NCBI GenBank assembly: GCA_010093605.1
Contig: MU004193.1
Span: 1,433,520 to 1,497,519 of the forward strand
Origin: Lophium mytilinum
Taxonomy: Eukaryota
Direction: 5' to 3'
Length of the DNA stretch: 64,000 nucleotides
Shown here: positions 36,904 through 50,809 of the stretch, piece by piece
How positions within the stretch are numbered: position 1 is the first letter of the stretch
Layout of the letters: each line of letters begins with the position of its first letter
Notes under the pieces: model-generated
What the model was told of the DNA's origin: nothing
Databases searched by the model: none
The model's input: the letters and a program-made list of their open reading frames with translations, nothing else
Made by a program: the position numbers and the translations under genes

Positions 36904-37994
36904 TTACAGGCTCCCAGGCCCCCTCAAAACCTCACTCGTCTCCTCCTCCAGCCCCTTCAGCTGCGCGATTGGCACGTCCACCAAGAACGTCTTCCGCCCC
37001 GCCCGATCCGACTTCGTAACCCAGAACCCAGCCACCCGCCCGAATCCCGCGCTGACAGTCACGGTGACCATCACACGCACGGCATCGGAAGCGGAGTACA
37101 TAGAATGCTCGCCAAGACGACCGTGCCGTACGCAAGGAGTCCGAAAGACGAGATAGCGATCAGGCCTTGAATGAGCGTCGATGTCGGTGTCTGCTTCGCG
37201 CTGCGGAGGATAATCGTGACGTCCTGCAACTCTCTTCCCGAGTTTAGGTACTGCGGTTCTGAGTTGAACTCTGATGGCCCGCTGAATTCGGGTCGATGGG
37301 TAACAAGCTCGATGTTTTCGTCATCGTGCGGGTCTGATATCGCACCCCGGAAACTTTGATATAGCTTCGTGACTTTTATCCGTCTTGTTTCGAAAAGCAG
37401 AGGCCGTAATGCAATAGTGACGCACCCGATTAGCTGAGTAAGTCCAGCCCAGACCGGAACATTGGCTTTGAGCGGTATCGCGAAGACGACGACGCCGTAT
37501 CGAGTGACATCGACCAGCATGTACCAAATAACGGCGCTAAGACAGACAAACGCGACGCAAAAGCAGGCGAACTGCATCCGTTCGTTCTGTAGCCAGAGCT
37601 TGAAATGGCCGTGGCGTTGGAGGGCTCGGTGCAAAGCGTGGACATCACGCTTCCTACGGAACTGAGATTCTGGCGATTTGAAGTCAAGACGCGATGAAAA
37701 TGCCGTGATAGAAGAGAGAGAAAGCAAGACCGCGAGAATAGGCGAGTGATACGAAATTATTTGAATCTCATCCAAGCTATTAGAAATTAGACCTAGTATC
37801 GTCGGTATAAACGCTAGGATAGACGCCGCAGCGGACCATCTAGCTGCAATATCGCTGCGCACATTATCGAGAACGCAGGCGAAGATAGTGTAGTGTTCAT
37901 CCGGACTGCGCGACTGCTGGTCAATGCAGTTGTCGATGATGGCGGTGACTTCGGCACCCTTAGCCTGGAAAATGAACTTGTTGCCGAAAGGCAT
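36904..37994 (-). CDS. Hypothetical multi-pass membrane protein, apparently frameshifted near 37102
   Basis: 307-aa ORF with several hydrophobic segments (AASILAFIPTILGLI, PILAVLLSLSS). The natural-looking continuation MYSASDAVRVMVTV... lies in a different frame, with no room for an intron. Confidence 0.6.
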
Positions 37995-38320
37995 GGGCCA
38001 GAGCTGGACAGTTGGATGATCCTGGTGGTGTTGGTAGGTGCAGACTTAGTAGCCTGAAGAAAGGCAGAGAATCTTTACGCCCCAGGGTGTCGCCAGGGTT
38101 GCACACCCTGACACGCGTTTCCGAACCATGCTGTAGATCGTGGAAACTTATGCGCATAGGCCCTGCTTGCTCCGTAAGTAGATGGTATCATGGACGTTTT
38201 TCAGAAATTGAAGATGTGATCAAGTGTGCATGGTTACCCGAAGGCATATTGTTCAATGAGGTCCATCTAATATCTACAGCAGATCTCATAATTTTATAGA
38301 GCCATTATCGTGACAACCTA

Positions 38321-40658
38321 CTATGACTGCTCTTCAAACTCCACCAGCGCTGTGCCCGCCTTGCAAAGATCCTATAAGATAGTTAGTTTGTAATAATCTG
38401 ATACCAGTCTTTGGGAATGAGTTTTGACATACCCCTTTACCATGCACGACCTTCGCTATAACACCGTCATGTGGACTCCGGATTACCGTCTCCATTTTCA
38501 TGCTCTCGATAACCACAAGTGGCTGATCTTTCACGACTGTGTCGCCTTCTTGAACCTCTACTCTCAGCACCTTGCAAGGCATTGGCGCTAGCACGCTATT
38601 CGTGACATCCTTGATTCCCAGCGCCTTCTCTGCCCATTTTGGCACAGCAAGCTGCAGCCTGTACTGCTTGCCTTGCTGGAACAAGATCACACGCTCCTCA
38701 TCCTGGATGAAGGTAGTAGCGAGGCGTGTGTGTGGATAAAAGCTCGTGATGGTTTTGGAGGCTGGATCTAGCACACTCTCCACATTTAGGTACTCTGTGT
38801 CATTAACTTCGACGTTGAATTTTCCCGGTGAAGTCTGCCGTACCCGGACAGTCGTAGCCGTGCTGTCGCCCTTGCCATCTGCGGGTATTTCGACGAGATG
38901 GAATTCGCGTTGCTGGTATCCGCTGCCGAAACCGACGACGGAGCCAGAGGCACGGGCGAAAGCGTCGTGCTCCAGTTTCTCAGTTTCTTGAAGTAGGAGA
39001 CCAATTGCGGCCTGACCAAGAACTTCTGGTTTCATCGTTTCCCGTTCGAAAAGCTCTTCGCGGTGTTTCTCGATGTAACCAGTCTCAACATTGCCGGCAA
39101 TGAAGTCGGGGCTCACACAGACTTTCTTCAGAAACTCGATGTTGGTGACGGGACCGGCAATTTCGTACTCTTCAAGCGCCGAATGCAGTTTCTGGAGTGC
39201 GGCTTCTCGCGTCGGTCCTTGGACGATGAGTTTCGCAATCATAGGATCGTAATGTGACGAGACTTCATCACCGGCAACGAAACCTGCGTCAACACGAACT
39301 GTGGGTGTGACCTTGGGTGTTTTGAGATGGAGAAGGAGGCCTGAGTCGGGAATGAAGTTCATATCTGGGTTTTCGGCATATATTCTGGCTTCGATGGCTG
39401 CACCACGTTCTGATATCTGCTGCTCAATCTCGGCTTGGGTTAGAGGGAGCTTGCCGCCTTCAGCCACGATCAATTGCCAGTGGACTAAATCTTGGCCTGT
39501 CACCATCTCAGTGACGGGGTGCTCGACTTGTAGCCGGGTGTTCATCTCCATGAAAAAGAACTCGCCGGAGTCGTTGTCGAAGATGAACTCAACGGTACCA
39601 GCACCTTCGTAGTTGACTGCCAGTGCTGCAGCGCGAGCCTTCTCCCACAGATCTTGTCGAACATCCTCGTTGAGGTGTGGCGCGGGCGATTCCTCTAGGA
39701 CTTTTTGGTGCCGCCTCTGAATGCTGCAATCCCGCTCTCCTAGAGCGACGCAATTGCCGTGCTTGTCGGCGAAGACTTGAACTTCAATGTGCCGTGGTGT
39801 GGTGATGTACTTCTCGACCAGCATCACGTCGTCGCCAAAGGAATTCCGTGCTTCTGATTTCGCAGACTCTAACTGATCGAGGAACACTTCCGGGGTGCTC
39901 GCGATGCGCATACCCTTGCCTCCGCCGCCTTTTACGGCTTTGAGGAGAACTGGGAAGCCAATCTTCGCAGCTTCATCTTTCAAATACTGCGGGTCTTGTT
40001 CGTTGCCATGGTATCCAGGTATGCAGGGTACTCCAGCAGCTATCATGATGTCTTTCGACTTGCTGTGATCCAAAAATCAGCTCATTATCCTCAGGCCTTG
40101 TCTATGTAGCCCCACCTTTTGCTCCCCATAGCTTCTATAGCTTCCCATGGCGGGCCAATAAATGTAAGGCCTGCCTCTGTACATTTACGCGCGAAGGTTG
40201 GGTTCTCGCTCAGCTGTATACCCCGTCAGCCTTCACGTCGGTCTATTCTGCCTCTGATAACGTACGAATCCATAGCCCGGATGGATCCCCTCACAACCTT
40301 CACGCTTCGCGACTTCTATTATCCGGTCTCCATCTAGGTATGCAGTTGGATCTCCCAGATTTATAGCGAACGGAGAGCTTAGAGCATGCTGTGATCGCGC
40401 GTCAGGGTCGGTGTAGAGGGTCGTCGTTCGAATGCCGTACTCGGATGCGGTCCGTCCAACGCGCCTAAGTAGCTTTGGTTAGCTTGAGGATTCGTGCTTT
40501 TCTTCTTCCACATACAGAGCGATCTCTCCACGGTTCGCAATCAGCACTGAGGTCAGTGGCTTCGCTACCGGCACAGCTGTGGAGTTCCTGCGGGCGCCCG
40601 AAGCTGTGCTGGCATTGAGAAGGCGGGCAAGTTGGTTTGGTCTACGAAGGGCGCGCAT
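38321..40658 (-). CDS. mccA: 3-methylcrotonoyl-CoA carboxylase alpha (biotin-containing) subunit, mitochondrial (multi-exon)
   Basis: Arg-rich presequence [16 protein letters not shown], then [45 protein letters not shown] and YDPMIAKL. Biotinylation motif ESMKME; last exon [16 protein letters not shown]. Confidence 0.9.
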
Positions 40659-41344
40659 GATGATTGAAAACTTGGTGAGAATATGGGTATTAGGAGTGGC
40701 ATCCGATCTGAAGTCTTTAAGAGTGCGGCATTTCTCGGTGTTTGGGGAGGGAGGAAAGAAGTGAATGTATCCGGGGAAAGTGCGTCCCGCGTCTAGCCGA
40801 AACGTGGGGAAAGCTGTTGATGTGAATGTCTTGGAAGTCTCTCAGCACGCTGCATTTTGATGATAGAAGCTAAAACTGCTGTATCGTATGTCTGTATAAT
40901 ATCAAATATGTTTCAATGTGTTTCCAGAGGAATGCAAGGTGCTGTCAAGTGTCACCGGGTCCGTTCGTTGGCCGCACCCCAATCGACAACGGCGGCCAGG
41001 GTTGATGGACAATCACCACGACCACACTCCTTCACTGAACATCACCCTTCGAATTGCCTCTCTTTCTTGACCACAATACTCATCTGCTCCACGCATCGAG
41101 TGCCTCACAACTGCCTACTCGACTCATCTCCGACGTCAGCGGTGCGCTGCCAATCTGCCCCTCTCTCGACGCGTTCAGCTCCGCGTAGTGGGATACCCCC
41201 ATCGCAGCTCCTGGCCCATAACAACAAGTCCTGAACCGCGTAATCATTCCTCAAAGTCTCTGACTATCGCGAACTCCACTCCTCAATTCGACGTACCGAC
41301 AGACGCGCCCCGCCGAGCGCTCGTTACACTGCATCTGGACAAAC

Positions 41345-42796
41345 ATGAGCGATTATGGCGATGGTAACTACTCAGACGGCGATTACGACCCGTGGTATTA
41401 CATCGAAGAGACATATCAGGCTGCAGTACGATACAATCTGACCCGGGAACGTGCTCTTGGGAGCACATCCGCGAGATTTCCTGCGCTTATCCGCTGACTT
41501 GTGTTTCAGGACGACCTCGCAGAACACGCCGTAGCTTCACCCCCGCCTATATACATGGACGAGGACCAATACGATGATTTCGACTTGTTTGACTTCTGGT
41601 ACGACATAGAGGAGGGTTCTGATGCTGATGTAGAAGAGGTGGAGGGAAAGCCAAGGTCTAAAGACCACTCCAAAGCAGGCCAAAAACGGAAGAGGGGCGA
41701 AAAAGCACTGCCCAGCAGGAAAACACGCAAGGTTAAGGATAGGAAAATTCAAGCACTGCCCGTCCGGTCAATGTCGCCAACGCCGACCGTTTTGTGGCTT
41801 TCGCAAAACGACCGTGACGCCCAGCGTGCCGCGAAAGCCAAATATCTCGATGACACCACCAAGCCATATGCGCTACTCAAAGACTGGCGAGATCTCGCCG
41901 CAAGAAGCCCGAAAGGAAAGGGTCGGGTAGTAAAGGAACTAGAACAGACGTCCGAATATCCTGCTGCTCAGTCAGGCAAAGGAAGAAGAGCATCGATTAC
42001 AGGCCCACTTTCGCCATCACCGGGATTAGAAGACGACGAGATGCAAGAGCTCATTTCAGCCAGTGGGATCGATCCAGAAGCCCTCATGACTGCGCTGCAG
42101 AACCGTATGGCAGACGCCCAAGGTCTCGAGGGATTTGACCGTACAATCCTCCTAAAGTATGCTATGCGGATGATGGCCAACGAAGACGAATCCGAAGACA
42201 TTGCTGGAGAACTGACAGAAGAGATACTCGATCGCGATGATGACGACCCTCAAGCTGCCGGTATCGCGTCGTGGATCTCTCAACAGATGGGCACAACAGA
42301 GCAGGACGATGAAGTTGAACCTGATGGCGCAAGGAACGACAGCTTTGCAGACTCATCTACTCGATCGCCATTCGCTGTGCCAATGTCTCCCGCCGTGGCC
42401 ACAGCTGATCAACACCCACCCACTCCATCTTCTACCGAGACAGCCAATAGCACGACCACCACGGCTGGGTTGGGGCTTACTGCGACGCGAGTTGGACCAG
42501 CAAGCTCGAAAAAGGCCGCAGAAAAGAAGGCGGCCGCAAAATCTTCGAAAGCCAAAGAGACATCAAAGGCTTCAGTGACACTTGATGCGACGGATGCCAG
42601 TCGACAGCCACGCACGCGCAAACGAAAGGCGGACGCTGACGATGCGGAAATCACCGAGCCTGCTCCGGAGCCGAAACGAGCAGCTCGAGGGGCCCGATTT
42701 TATAATGCTCCTACTGCAGCTAGCCAGGCTAGGTCTGCCGCCTCCGACACTTCAACTTCGAAAGCGACCAGGTCCGGGAGGGCACGGCGAGGTTAG
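41345..42796 (+). CDS. Hypothetical acidic/basic low-complexity protein (2 exons)
   Basis: Exon 1 MSDYGDGNYSDGDYDPWYYIEETYQAA is spliced (intron ~41426-41509) to DDLAEHAVASPPP.... Contains NLS-like KRKR and RKRK clusters. Confidence 0.7.
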
Positions 42797-44978
42797 CTTA
42801 AGTCGTCACCACTAACAATGGTGCAATATCTTTTCTATCGCTCTGAGAGCCCCTTTCATGCATGTTTATCGAAGTTACTTACTTAGGGTTTTTCTTGTGC
42901 TATCATGTTGAGCACAGTAGCAGATTTGGACATTATCGGCTTGGTGTTTGGGTTGGTATCTTGGGTATGCATTGCAATACCCGTGGGTATCAGGGTCCCT
43001 TATAGGCACTTCTAGGCAGGTACATACATCCCCGGTTTTCGGATTTCGGCAATATCATGCAGCTATGACTAGTATTTGAATACTAGCTCGTGAGCTTTCT
43101 ATAGCTCATGAATCACTGGAATGGCTATAACTCATCCGTCATTCTTTAACCTTGAGCAACACTCGCTCCCTCATTTCACACTGGGACCGCTATACTCGCC
43201 TCTTTCTCAGAATCTTTGTCTCAAATTCAGCTCAAATGACTCCCAAGCCTGCATTCGGCCAAACGTCTTATTCATAGCTTCGTCACTTCCTTACAGTACT
43301 ACCCCGTGACCTCAGCATCGGAAATACTCTCACCGCATGACCCGCCACGGAAGCAAGTCGGGCCGCCACACTTTCGACGCAGCGACATAAAAAGCTTCTA
43401 GACTCCTGTTCAGTTCTTCCTTCATAAACTTCCTGTGAGTTTGAGATCGCAACGGTGAAAGGCGAAGATCGATGGGAGCCGTCAAAAAACCAATATTACC
43501 GATGCATGGGTGGGCTGTGCTCTGGGATCAAAATCGACCATATCAAAGTGTTATGTGTGGGTTGGACGTAATTCTTGGCGGTGGATGGGCCATATCCAGC
43601 TTGGATGACGATGCTGAGCGCCGTCAATAGATACGGAACAAGTTCCTCATGACATCCAGTTAAGACCCTTCAGGCTCTGCTACTCTACTTCATCAAAGTT
43701 AACATACATTGACCATAATCAGCGGCATTTGATAGGACTCCAAGCCTCCGGGTCCATGCGACTGTCCAGTTGGTCATTTTACTCCAGCACACCACGCCCA
43801 CCTCCCCATCGCGATCAAACAGGTTCTCTTTTTGATCCACAGCCCAACGAACCTCCATCATATCTTGATCGTCCAAGTTTTGATTTCTTCCAAGTTCCTC
43901 CTACCACCCCATGAAGCCTACTCCCCCACCTCGAAAGATCTTATATACCCCCCCCGCACGAACCACCCTTGGCGTTCCCGTGCTTCACGTGCCTACGATA
44001 GCCTGACCACTGAACCTTTCTATCACTTGCTGTGACAGCTGCTCTAATTAGCATTTCCTACGTCACTTTCGTTGATTGGACACAGCCGCTTCACGTGTAA
44101 ATCAGATGACCTCGCCAGATTTCTCCTGGATACGCGATATAAAAGGGGGCCGGACGGAAAATTTACTGGACATCGGGGTTTGACTTGAAGGTTCGAAAAA
44201 TGGAAAAAATAGAGAGGAATGGCTCTGAGCTGGTTGGATTATCTGCTTGTACGGGGTATCAACAGAACTAGACATATATTACAATGTTTCTTGTGGATCA
44301 GAGGTGTTGGGACGTGAGGGGATTGAAATCCCGTGCGGAACAGATTTATGTTGGTTGGTGGGTGCTCGGTGCTGGAGTTTAGGGGGAAGGTGTTTGGAAC
44401 CTCAGGGTAGTGATGGTGGTTGCCATCTTTGGGCATTTGATATAAGGAACACTACTTCTAGCCCGTCATTCTTTTCACTATGGGGGCGGCATTGATAGAG
44501 GTTAACAGTTTACCGAGATGGTATCGTTCAGCACGAGGGCAGCGAAGCCCAACAACAGCATCCTTCCCTTCAACTTGACACCACACAGTCGCAAATCTCA
44601 CACACACCTCAAGCTGAAACTGTTATCAATCCCTTCCTACATCCTCAAAGAGGAACGAAAACGCTCACCTCTAACACATAGCAGATACACAAACATTCAA
44701 TCCGAAACCGGACAATTACACCCCTGTCATCTAACCAGAGATCGAGGTCATCGACAGAAGCACAGGTATCGTTCGTTGCTTGCCTAACACCTCCAACAGC
44801 CACAAAAAACAAGCCCAACCGCCCCGAAAGAAGTGCATCAAAAACAAGAAAAACATGGCACCCATCAATCCATCCATCAATTCACAAAACCCCACTCGCC
44901 ACACAATGCTTTACGAGCGCAGCCCATATTAACCACACAACCCCTAATCCAACCCATCCCATTCCATGCCGTCTTCCC

Positions 44979-47900
44979 TTACTCCTTCTGCCCCTCATTA
45001 AGCAACAACTCTACCACAATCTGACACCTCTCCTGCTCCGGATGCTGCAAGCTCAACTTGATCGTCCTAACCGCCCCATTCGTGCCCCCAAGCCCATCAT
45101 CCAAGCACTTCACGTCCCTCCCCGAAATAACCTGCCGCAGCCTCCCATTCTGCGCATTCCTAATCTCCACGAAATCAGGATCAAACAGCAGTACATACGG
45201 CCCATATACTGCCGCGCTCTTCGCCTTGCCCACGAATTCCATAATCACGGACCGCGAGATGTCCCCGTGCTTGTTGACGTACACGGCGCACTCCTCGTAG
45301 CAGAGTAGGAATTCCGAGTCGGAGAGGCGGAACATGCCGAGCGGGTCCTGGTTGATGAGGCGGGAGGCGATGGTGGCGACGTGGGGGGCTTTGAGGTCGG
45401 GGACGGACCACGGTTGTTTCTTGTCGAGGGTGAGGACTTCGAAGCCTTTGGAGGTAGACACGGCGAGTGAGGAGTGGAAGAGGTTGATGCCGTAGCATTC
45501 GGTGGGGATGTAGAATTCGTCGTAGTCGCGGAAGAATTCCGTGCGGCCTGATTTCCAGATGCGGGATTTCTTTTCGGTGGACTTTTGGTAGACGGGCTCG
45601 AGGACCTGCGAGGGTGGGATGTTAGTTGTCTACTGCGGGTGAGGTTGAGGGAGTTTCAGGGGTCACGACGAACCTTGAAAGTGGAAGAGAGACCCTCGCG
45701 CTTCTTGTAGAAGACGAGAGTCCGTTCCTTCATTTTGCCGGTGGAGAAGAAGCCGACGTCTCGGGCCCCTGATAGCTTTTGAGGGGCTTTCCGGGCGGTG
45801 TCGCTTCCTGGTGCCGCGCCACCAACAGGGCACACGGCATCAAGATGATATGCAATTAGTGACTTATCGGAGATGAGTATCATCAAGCTGAACTCCTCTA
45901 AAACCGCGAGTTGAGTGACTCTTGGTATTTGGATTCCCTAGCAACGATGTTAGTAACATAATACATTGTCTGAAGGACAGGAGAAGTTCTACCTTGGACC
46001 ACCCACGAGGATTATCCATTTCCGAGATGTAGACACCGATATCAGTACCAATTGCAATCATAGGCTTGCCATACGGTTGGTTGAATGCCGTTGCGCAATT
46101 GACTTTCGCCCTGCAAATCGGTACGGGGCGACCACGCTCAGCGAATAGTTTCTCCACATCGTCAATCGCTCTGTCCAGAGGAGTGCCTTTGATAGTGATG
46201 TTTCTCTGGGCAGGCATTGCGCTTTCGTAGGCAAAGGCCGAGTCTGCCATGACTCGCAAGCGGAAAGGTTCGGCATTCTGTGCAAACAGGGCCGCTGCGT
46301 GCTTCGTCTTCGCAATGATGATCTTGTCGCACCACTCTGCCCTGTTGGCGGCGCTTGGAGCGAATAGAGTGTAGACCTCTTTGCCGAGATGCTTTATCCG
46401 GAAAGGATATAGAATCTTTTCGTCCTTCGGTTGGTCGAGGTTGTTGTTTTGAGTCAACGTCTTGCCAGACGAAGTTGTGCTCATTGACGTTTGGGAAGTT
46501 CCAGTATTAGTATGTTGTAGAGTCCCCGGACCCGGGCTCTGATTAGAGGCTGTCCTTCCGAGGCGTGAGTCCTGCACGCCCTTTACGGGGTTGGCGATTG
46601 GTGTGAACCCCTTGACAGCTGATTTGATGACGGGATCGTCGTCTTCGCTTTCTAGAACCAAAAGGTCCATTGGTATTGGCTAGGCATAAGTCAGTTGAGA
46701 AGTCGGCCTAATGTGCAAGGGAGCTTACGAGTTTCGATATGTCATACTTCTCCGACGCTGTGACTCCATCGGCTTCCCTATGCTTAATCGTCTTCGCGAG
46801 AACAAGATAGTGGTCAAATAGCAACGCATGGTTTTCCACCCAGGTGAATCGGTTCCCTCCTAGTCGTTGCAGGTCGTTCTTGTAGATCAGCTCTCGACCA
46901 AGGTGGTTGAGGTTCAACTCGACCCGCTGCATTCCCGGCCGCAGGATCAATTTGTCTTGTAGGTCTGTCAAGTCGACTTTGCGTGTCATTTCGGCGACGC
47001 GATTGTCACACTCCATGGTGACAGCTTTGATCTCTTCCATAGCAATTTGAAGATTTCTCTTCTCTTCCCCGTCCTGCGTGGTTCGTCTGAGAACCGTCCC
47101 AAGGAGAAGACTGTAATGCTGCAACCTAGTGATTGGGGCTTTGAGGAAAGTGTCCCAGCTCAACTTGTTTGACTGCTTGTTTGCTCTTGCTTCATCCAAA
47201 AACGTGCGGAACAGGATGTTCCTGTCTGCTTCCTGCCGCACTAGAAACGTCGCATACGGAAACGCCGCAGAATACTCAATATAAGCCTGTTTCGCTTTCC
47301 TTATCCATTCCCGGAAGATGTCACTGAAGCCAACAACCCATGGGCCTTGTTCTTGTTGTCGATACTTCATCTGGGGTAGGAGATGGTCTTCATTCGCCTT
47401 TTTCACAGCATCCACCTTGCCAAAAACGTCGCGAATGAAGACTTTCAACTTCTTGGGACCGATAACGGCAGGTTGTGATGACAGCAGCTTGTCCCGGTAG
47501 AGCTGTCTGAGCACATCCAGGTTTTCCATGAATTTGTCTTCTCCTTGGACGATCTCGTGTAGGATGTTCTGACGCTCAATTTCCTTCGCGTTGATGCCCT
47601 CGACGTCTTCTTTCTTGACAGTGTAAAACGTTGCCCAGTCGTCCGACCGCGGGACGGCGGTCTGTGATTGAAGATCGATCTTCTTCAATGTCCTCTGGCA
47701 GTGGTAGGCATAGCATCGGCCACCCGTGTGGTGTTCGTGCACCTTTGGAGCGTAACAACCAGCGCCAGTCAGCTGGAATATTACCCCAGTCATCGTCTCC
47801 GAAGAAAATTTGAGCCACTCTTCCTCGTGGACTAGAGTGCCGGCTTTGTACATCTCTGCGACAACACGGCTACCTAATGTTTCTGCGTCGGCTACATTCA

Positions 47901-50280
47901 TCGTCGGGACTTTATGGGTGAACAGAGCGACCAGTCCGTCTCTAATAGCGCCCTCTTTAAGATCAGCCTCCCCTTCGGCCATGCTTTTCAGCCAAGCAAT
48001 AACAGAAGTGAGCGCCCATGGCTCCAGACATTTTCTAAAATCACTCGGGGTAAGCTTCGCGGGGTTGAATCGTCTACCGCTCGGGAGCGCGGGAAGATCG
48101 AGAGCCACGGCATCACCGCTTGCTGGTGTTAGTGTATTCCCATCACTATCAACACCATATGCATTGTTTCTGGATGCGATTTGTTGCTGACGCATCCGGT
48201 ATTGCTCAGCATCTGTCTTTGACCTCGGTAGAGGGATAGCCTGGGTATGATTGCTGTGATTGAGTAACGACGTTGATCTTGGTACTGCCGAAGTCGGAGT
48301 CTGTATGGAATCGGGGGAAGAGTGGTAAGACTGCCGAGCAGGTTGCTGGTATCTCCAATCAGCGCTTTGCGATGAGGCATGTTGCTGATACCGGGCTTCA
48401 TGGGCTGGTGGTGGAGGCAAGGGTCGTCGGACAGACATGCCTGGGTGAAAGAACATATCAGCTGGTTCTCCTGCCGCAGCTGCAACTTGAGTATCAGTGA
48501 GTGTGACCTCGTCTCCCTCGTCGTAGCTTAGTCTGCGCCTAGCTGTAGGTTCAGCAAGCCCGCCAGTACCAAAAGTGTCAACTCGTGCGTTTGCATTGAA
48601 AGGCGGGAACGGATGTATGGGATCTGCGTAAGAGCCGTCGCTGGTAGCTTCTGATCGCCGTTGCGAGCCAGAAGACGTTACAGTGTGATTTTGGTTGTCC
48701 GAAACGCTTGCGAGTTGATTTGGCCCTCCGCCGTAAGAGAATTGTGGCTCGTAGTTTCCGCCATACAATCCCACATCAATTGGTACGTAGTCGCTGTCGC
48801 TAGCACTGCCCGAGTCTTGCCGATGGGAAGTCTCAGGGCTGAGATAACCTTGAGCTGGTGGTACCGCAGTAAAGTTGCTGAATAGCCCACTGCCCCCGCT
48901 CCGTCGTCGAGCTTCATCAGCTTTCTCTTGTGCCTCTGCCGCCTCTAGCGCAGCCAGACCTGCAGCTGCCTCGACATCACTTTCATCGCTGGTATTGTAG
49001 CTATCCGGAGCAGTGTATGGCGAGAGATGGCCATTGACCGTATTTCCATTCCGTCCAGACGCTTGTCGATGTACGGATGAGTCGTAGGATAAGCTATGAT
49101 TGCCTCCGTTTACAGGTTGTTGGACTTGGATGCTAGGATTGTAGCCGGGGCTGCCTGCGCTAGTACTAAAAGTATTCTCGATTTGGTCGAACAGCTCATC
49201 CTGGTCGACATAGGCAGTGCTGTTGTTACCATTCGGATGGGCAAAGTAGTCGTCACTGTCCGATTCATGTGGGGGTGGAGGGGGTAGAGGCCGACGACCT
49301 ATAGTATCAGTTCGCTGCGGAGATTGATGTGGTGGAACTTCTGGCGTTGGCGGGAGAGTGTTCCCTGAATGATGGCTGGAAGAGGACGGATATCTCTCCG
49401 GCCTCCCCTGGCCATAGCCAGGATTGTATCCTGGAGGCGATGGTAGGCTATTTTGTCGCGAAATATCCGGGTCCGAGGTCCGGTAACCGTGGTACGATGG
49501 TGCATTCGACGACTGTCTCAAGGGCATGCTACCCACCCAATCATCCGATGGAGACGTGGCACTTCCTGGCGGTACTGGAAGTGGGGGCGGGGCAGGGGCC
49601 GCATAACTCAACCTTCCCGGGACAGAGGAAGAACTCGAGTGAGGCGATTGTCCATACTGCTGGGATTGCCTATGGTCCTGCACCGAATATGTCCGCGCGA
49701 ACTGAGATTGCTGCACGGGAGGAGTGGGGTATTGCTGAGGTGGTGTCGGGTATGACGCAGAGGAAGGAGTGCTAGGCGAGAAGCCGTATGGATGGCTCAC
49801 CGTGTTGTTTCTCGCGAGGTTCGTTTCGGCATATAAAGCTGGATTGTACGGCGTGTGCGATGAGGGGGCGGCAAATGATTGTCTGTTGACGCCTCCATAG
49901 GTCTGCGGGTTGGGTAAAGGGACGGGAGCAGCATACTGCCCCGGGTTGTATTGGCTCTGCGCCTGCGAGGAATTCTGGTAGCTGTATCCTCCATACCCGG
50001 GCGAGCTCGGCATAGGAGGGCTCATGCCTCCGCCGTTGTTGCTTATGAAGAGCTCATCCTGCTGCACAGGCACGCTACTCCGCTGCCCGGCGGCGGGCAT
50101 CGGGGGGTATCCGTAGCTGTTCTGTGCGCCTCCATTCGGGCCCACGGCCGGATCCTGTCCATTGTCGTAGGTAGGCGTTCGCTGGTCGTAGGGGTTTTGA
50201 TACTGGCCCTGCTGGGGCTGAGGCGCGTGAGCAGAGTTAGCATTGTAGTAGCCACCCTGCCCGTTCCCGTAGTAAGACAT
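44979..50280 (-). CDS. Rho guanine-nucleotide exchange factor with DH-PH-CNH domains (Rgf3/Tus1-like; 4 exons)
   Basis: Long Q/P/S/Y-rich N-terminus; DH domain (ERQNILHEIVQGE...FLKAPITRLQHYSLLL); PH region (LLFDHYLVLAK, YTLFAPSAANRAEW); CNH domain (GTDIGVY, EFLLCYEECAVYVNKHG). Three intron gaps near 46.7, 45.96 and 45.64 kb. Confidence 0.9.
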
Positions 50281-50809
50281 GGTGCTTAATCGCGTCGGTG
50301 CGGATTCGAAGGTCGAGTCCTGAAGAGAGTGGCGGCCGGGTCATTCACCAGGCTGCGCAACGGGGAGTCGTAGCGGGCAGCACTCGGAGCGCAAGACCTC
50401 TTCCCGCCTGATGCAATGTCCGCATCTGCCTTGCTCTATGCCTCGTCAGGGTGGGCGACAGACGAGAGGGGCCGCGCATTCGATGCTGCCTCTAGTGAGG
50501 TTGCTGGCGATGCTGGCGGAGCTGCCAATGTGCGGTGGGACGTGGTGTTGCGGGCGAAGCGTGGCGGCTGGGCGCAGAGAGAGGAGCGGGCGTGCAGACG
50601 TCAGCAACAAGAGCGCGGAGAGGGCTGTGGATGTCGAGCGGCGGGGGGCGCAGAGGCAGCAGTTGGTGAATGAGGTTTGTCAGGGCAGGGAGTGGGATCG
50701 TGGATCATCGACTGTCGTCTTACAAAATGTAGAGCTTAATGCCAGCAGACAGCGAATCTACCTACCGCTGGCATTGGGCTCCTCTCCAGCTCCGTAATAT
50801 TCTACGGCG

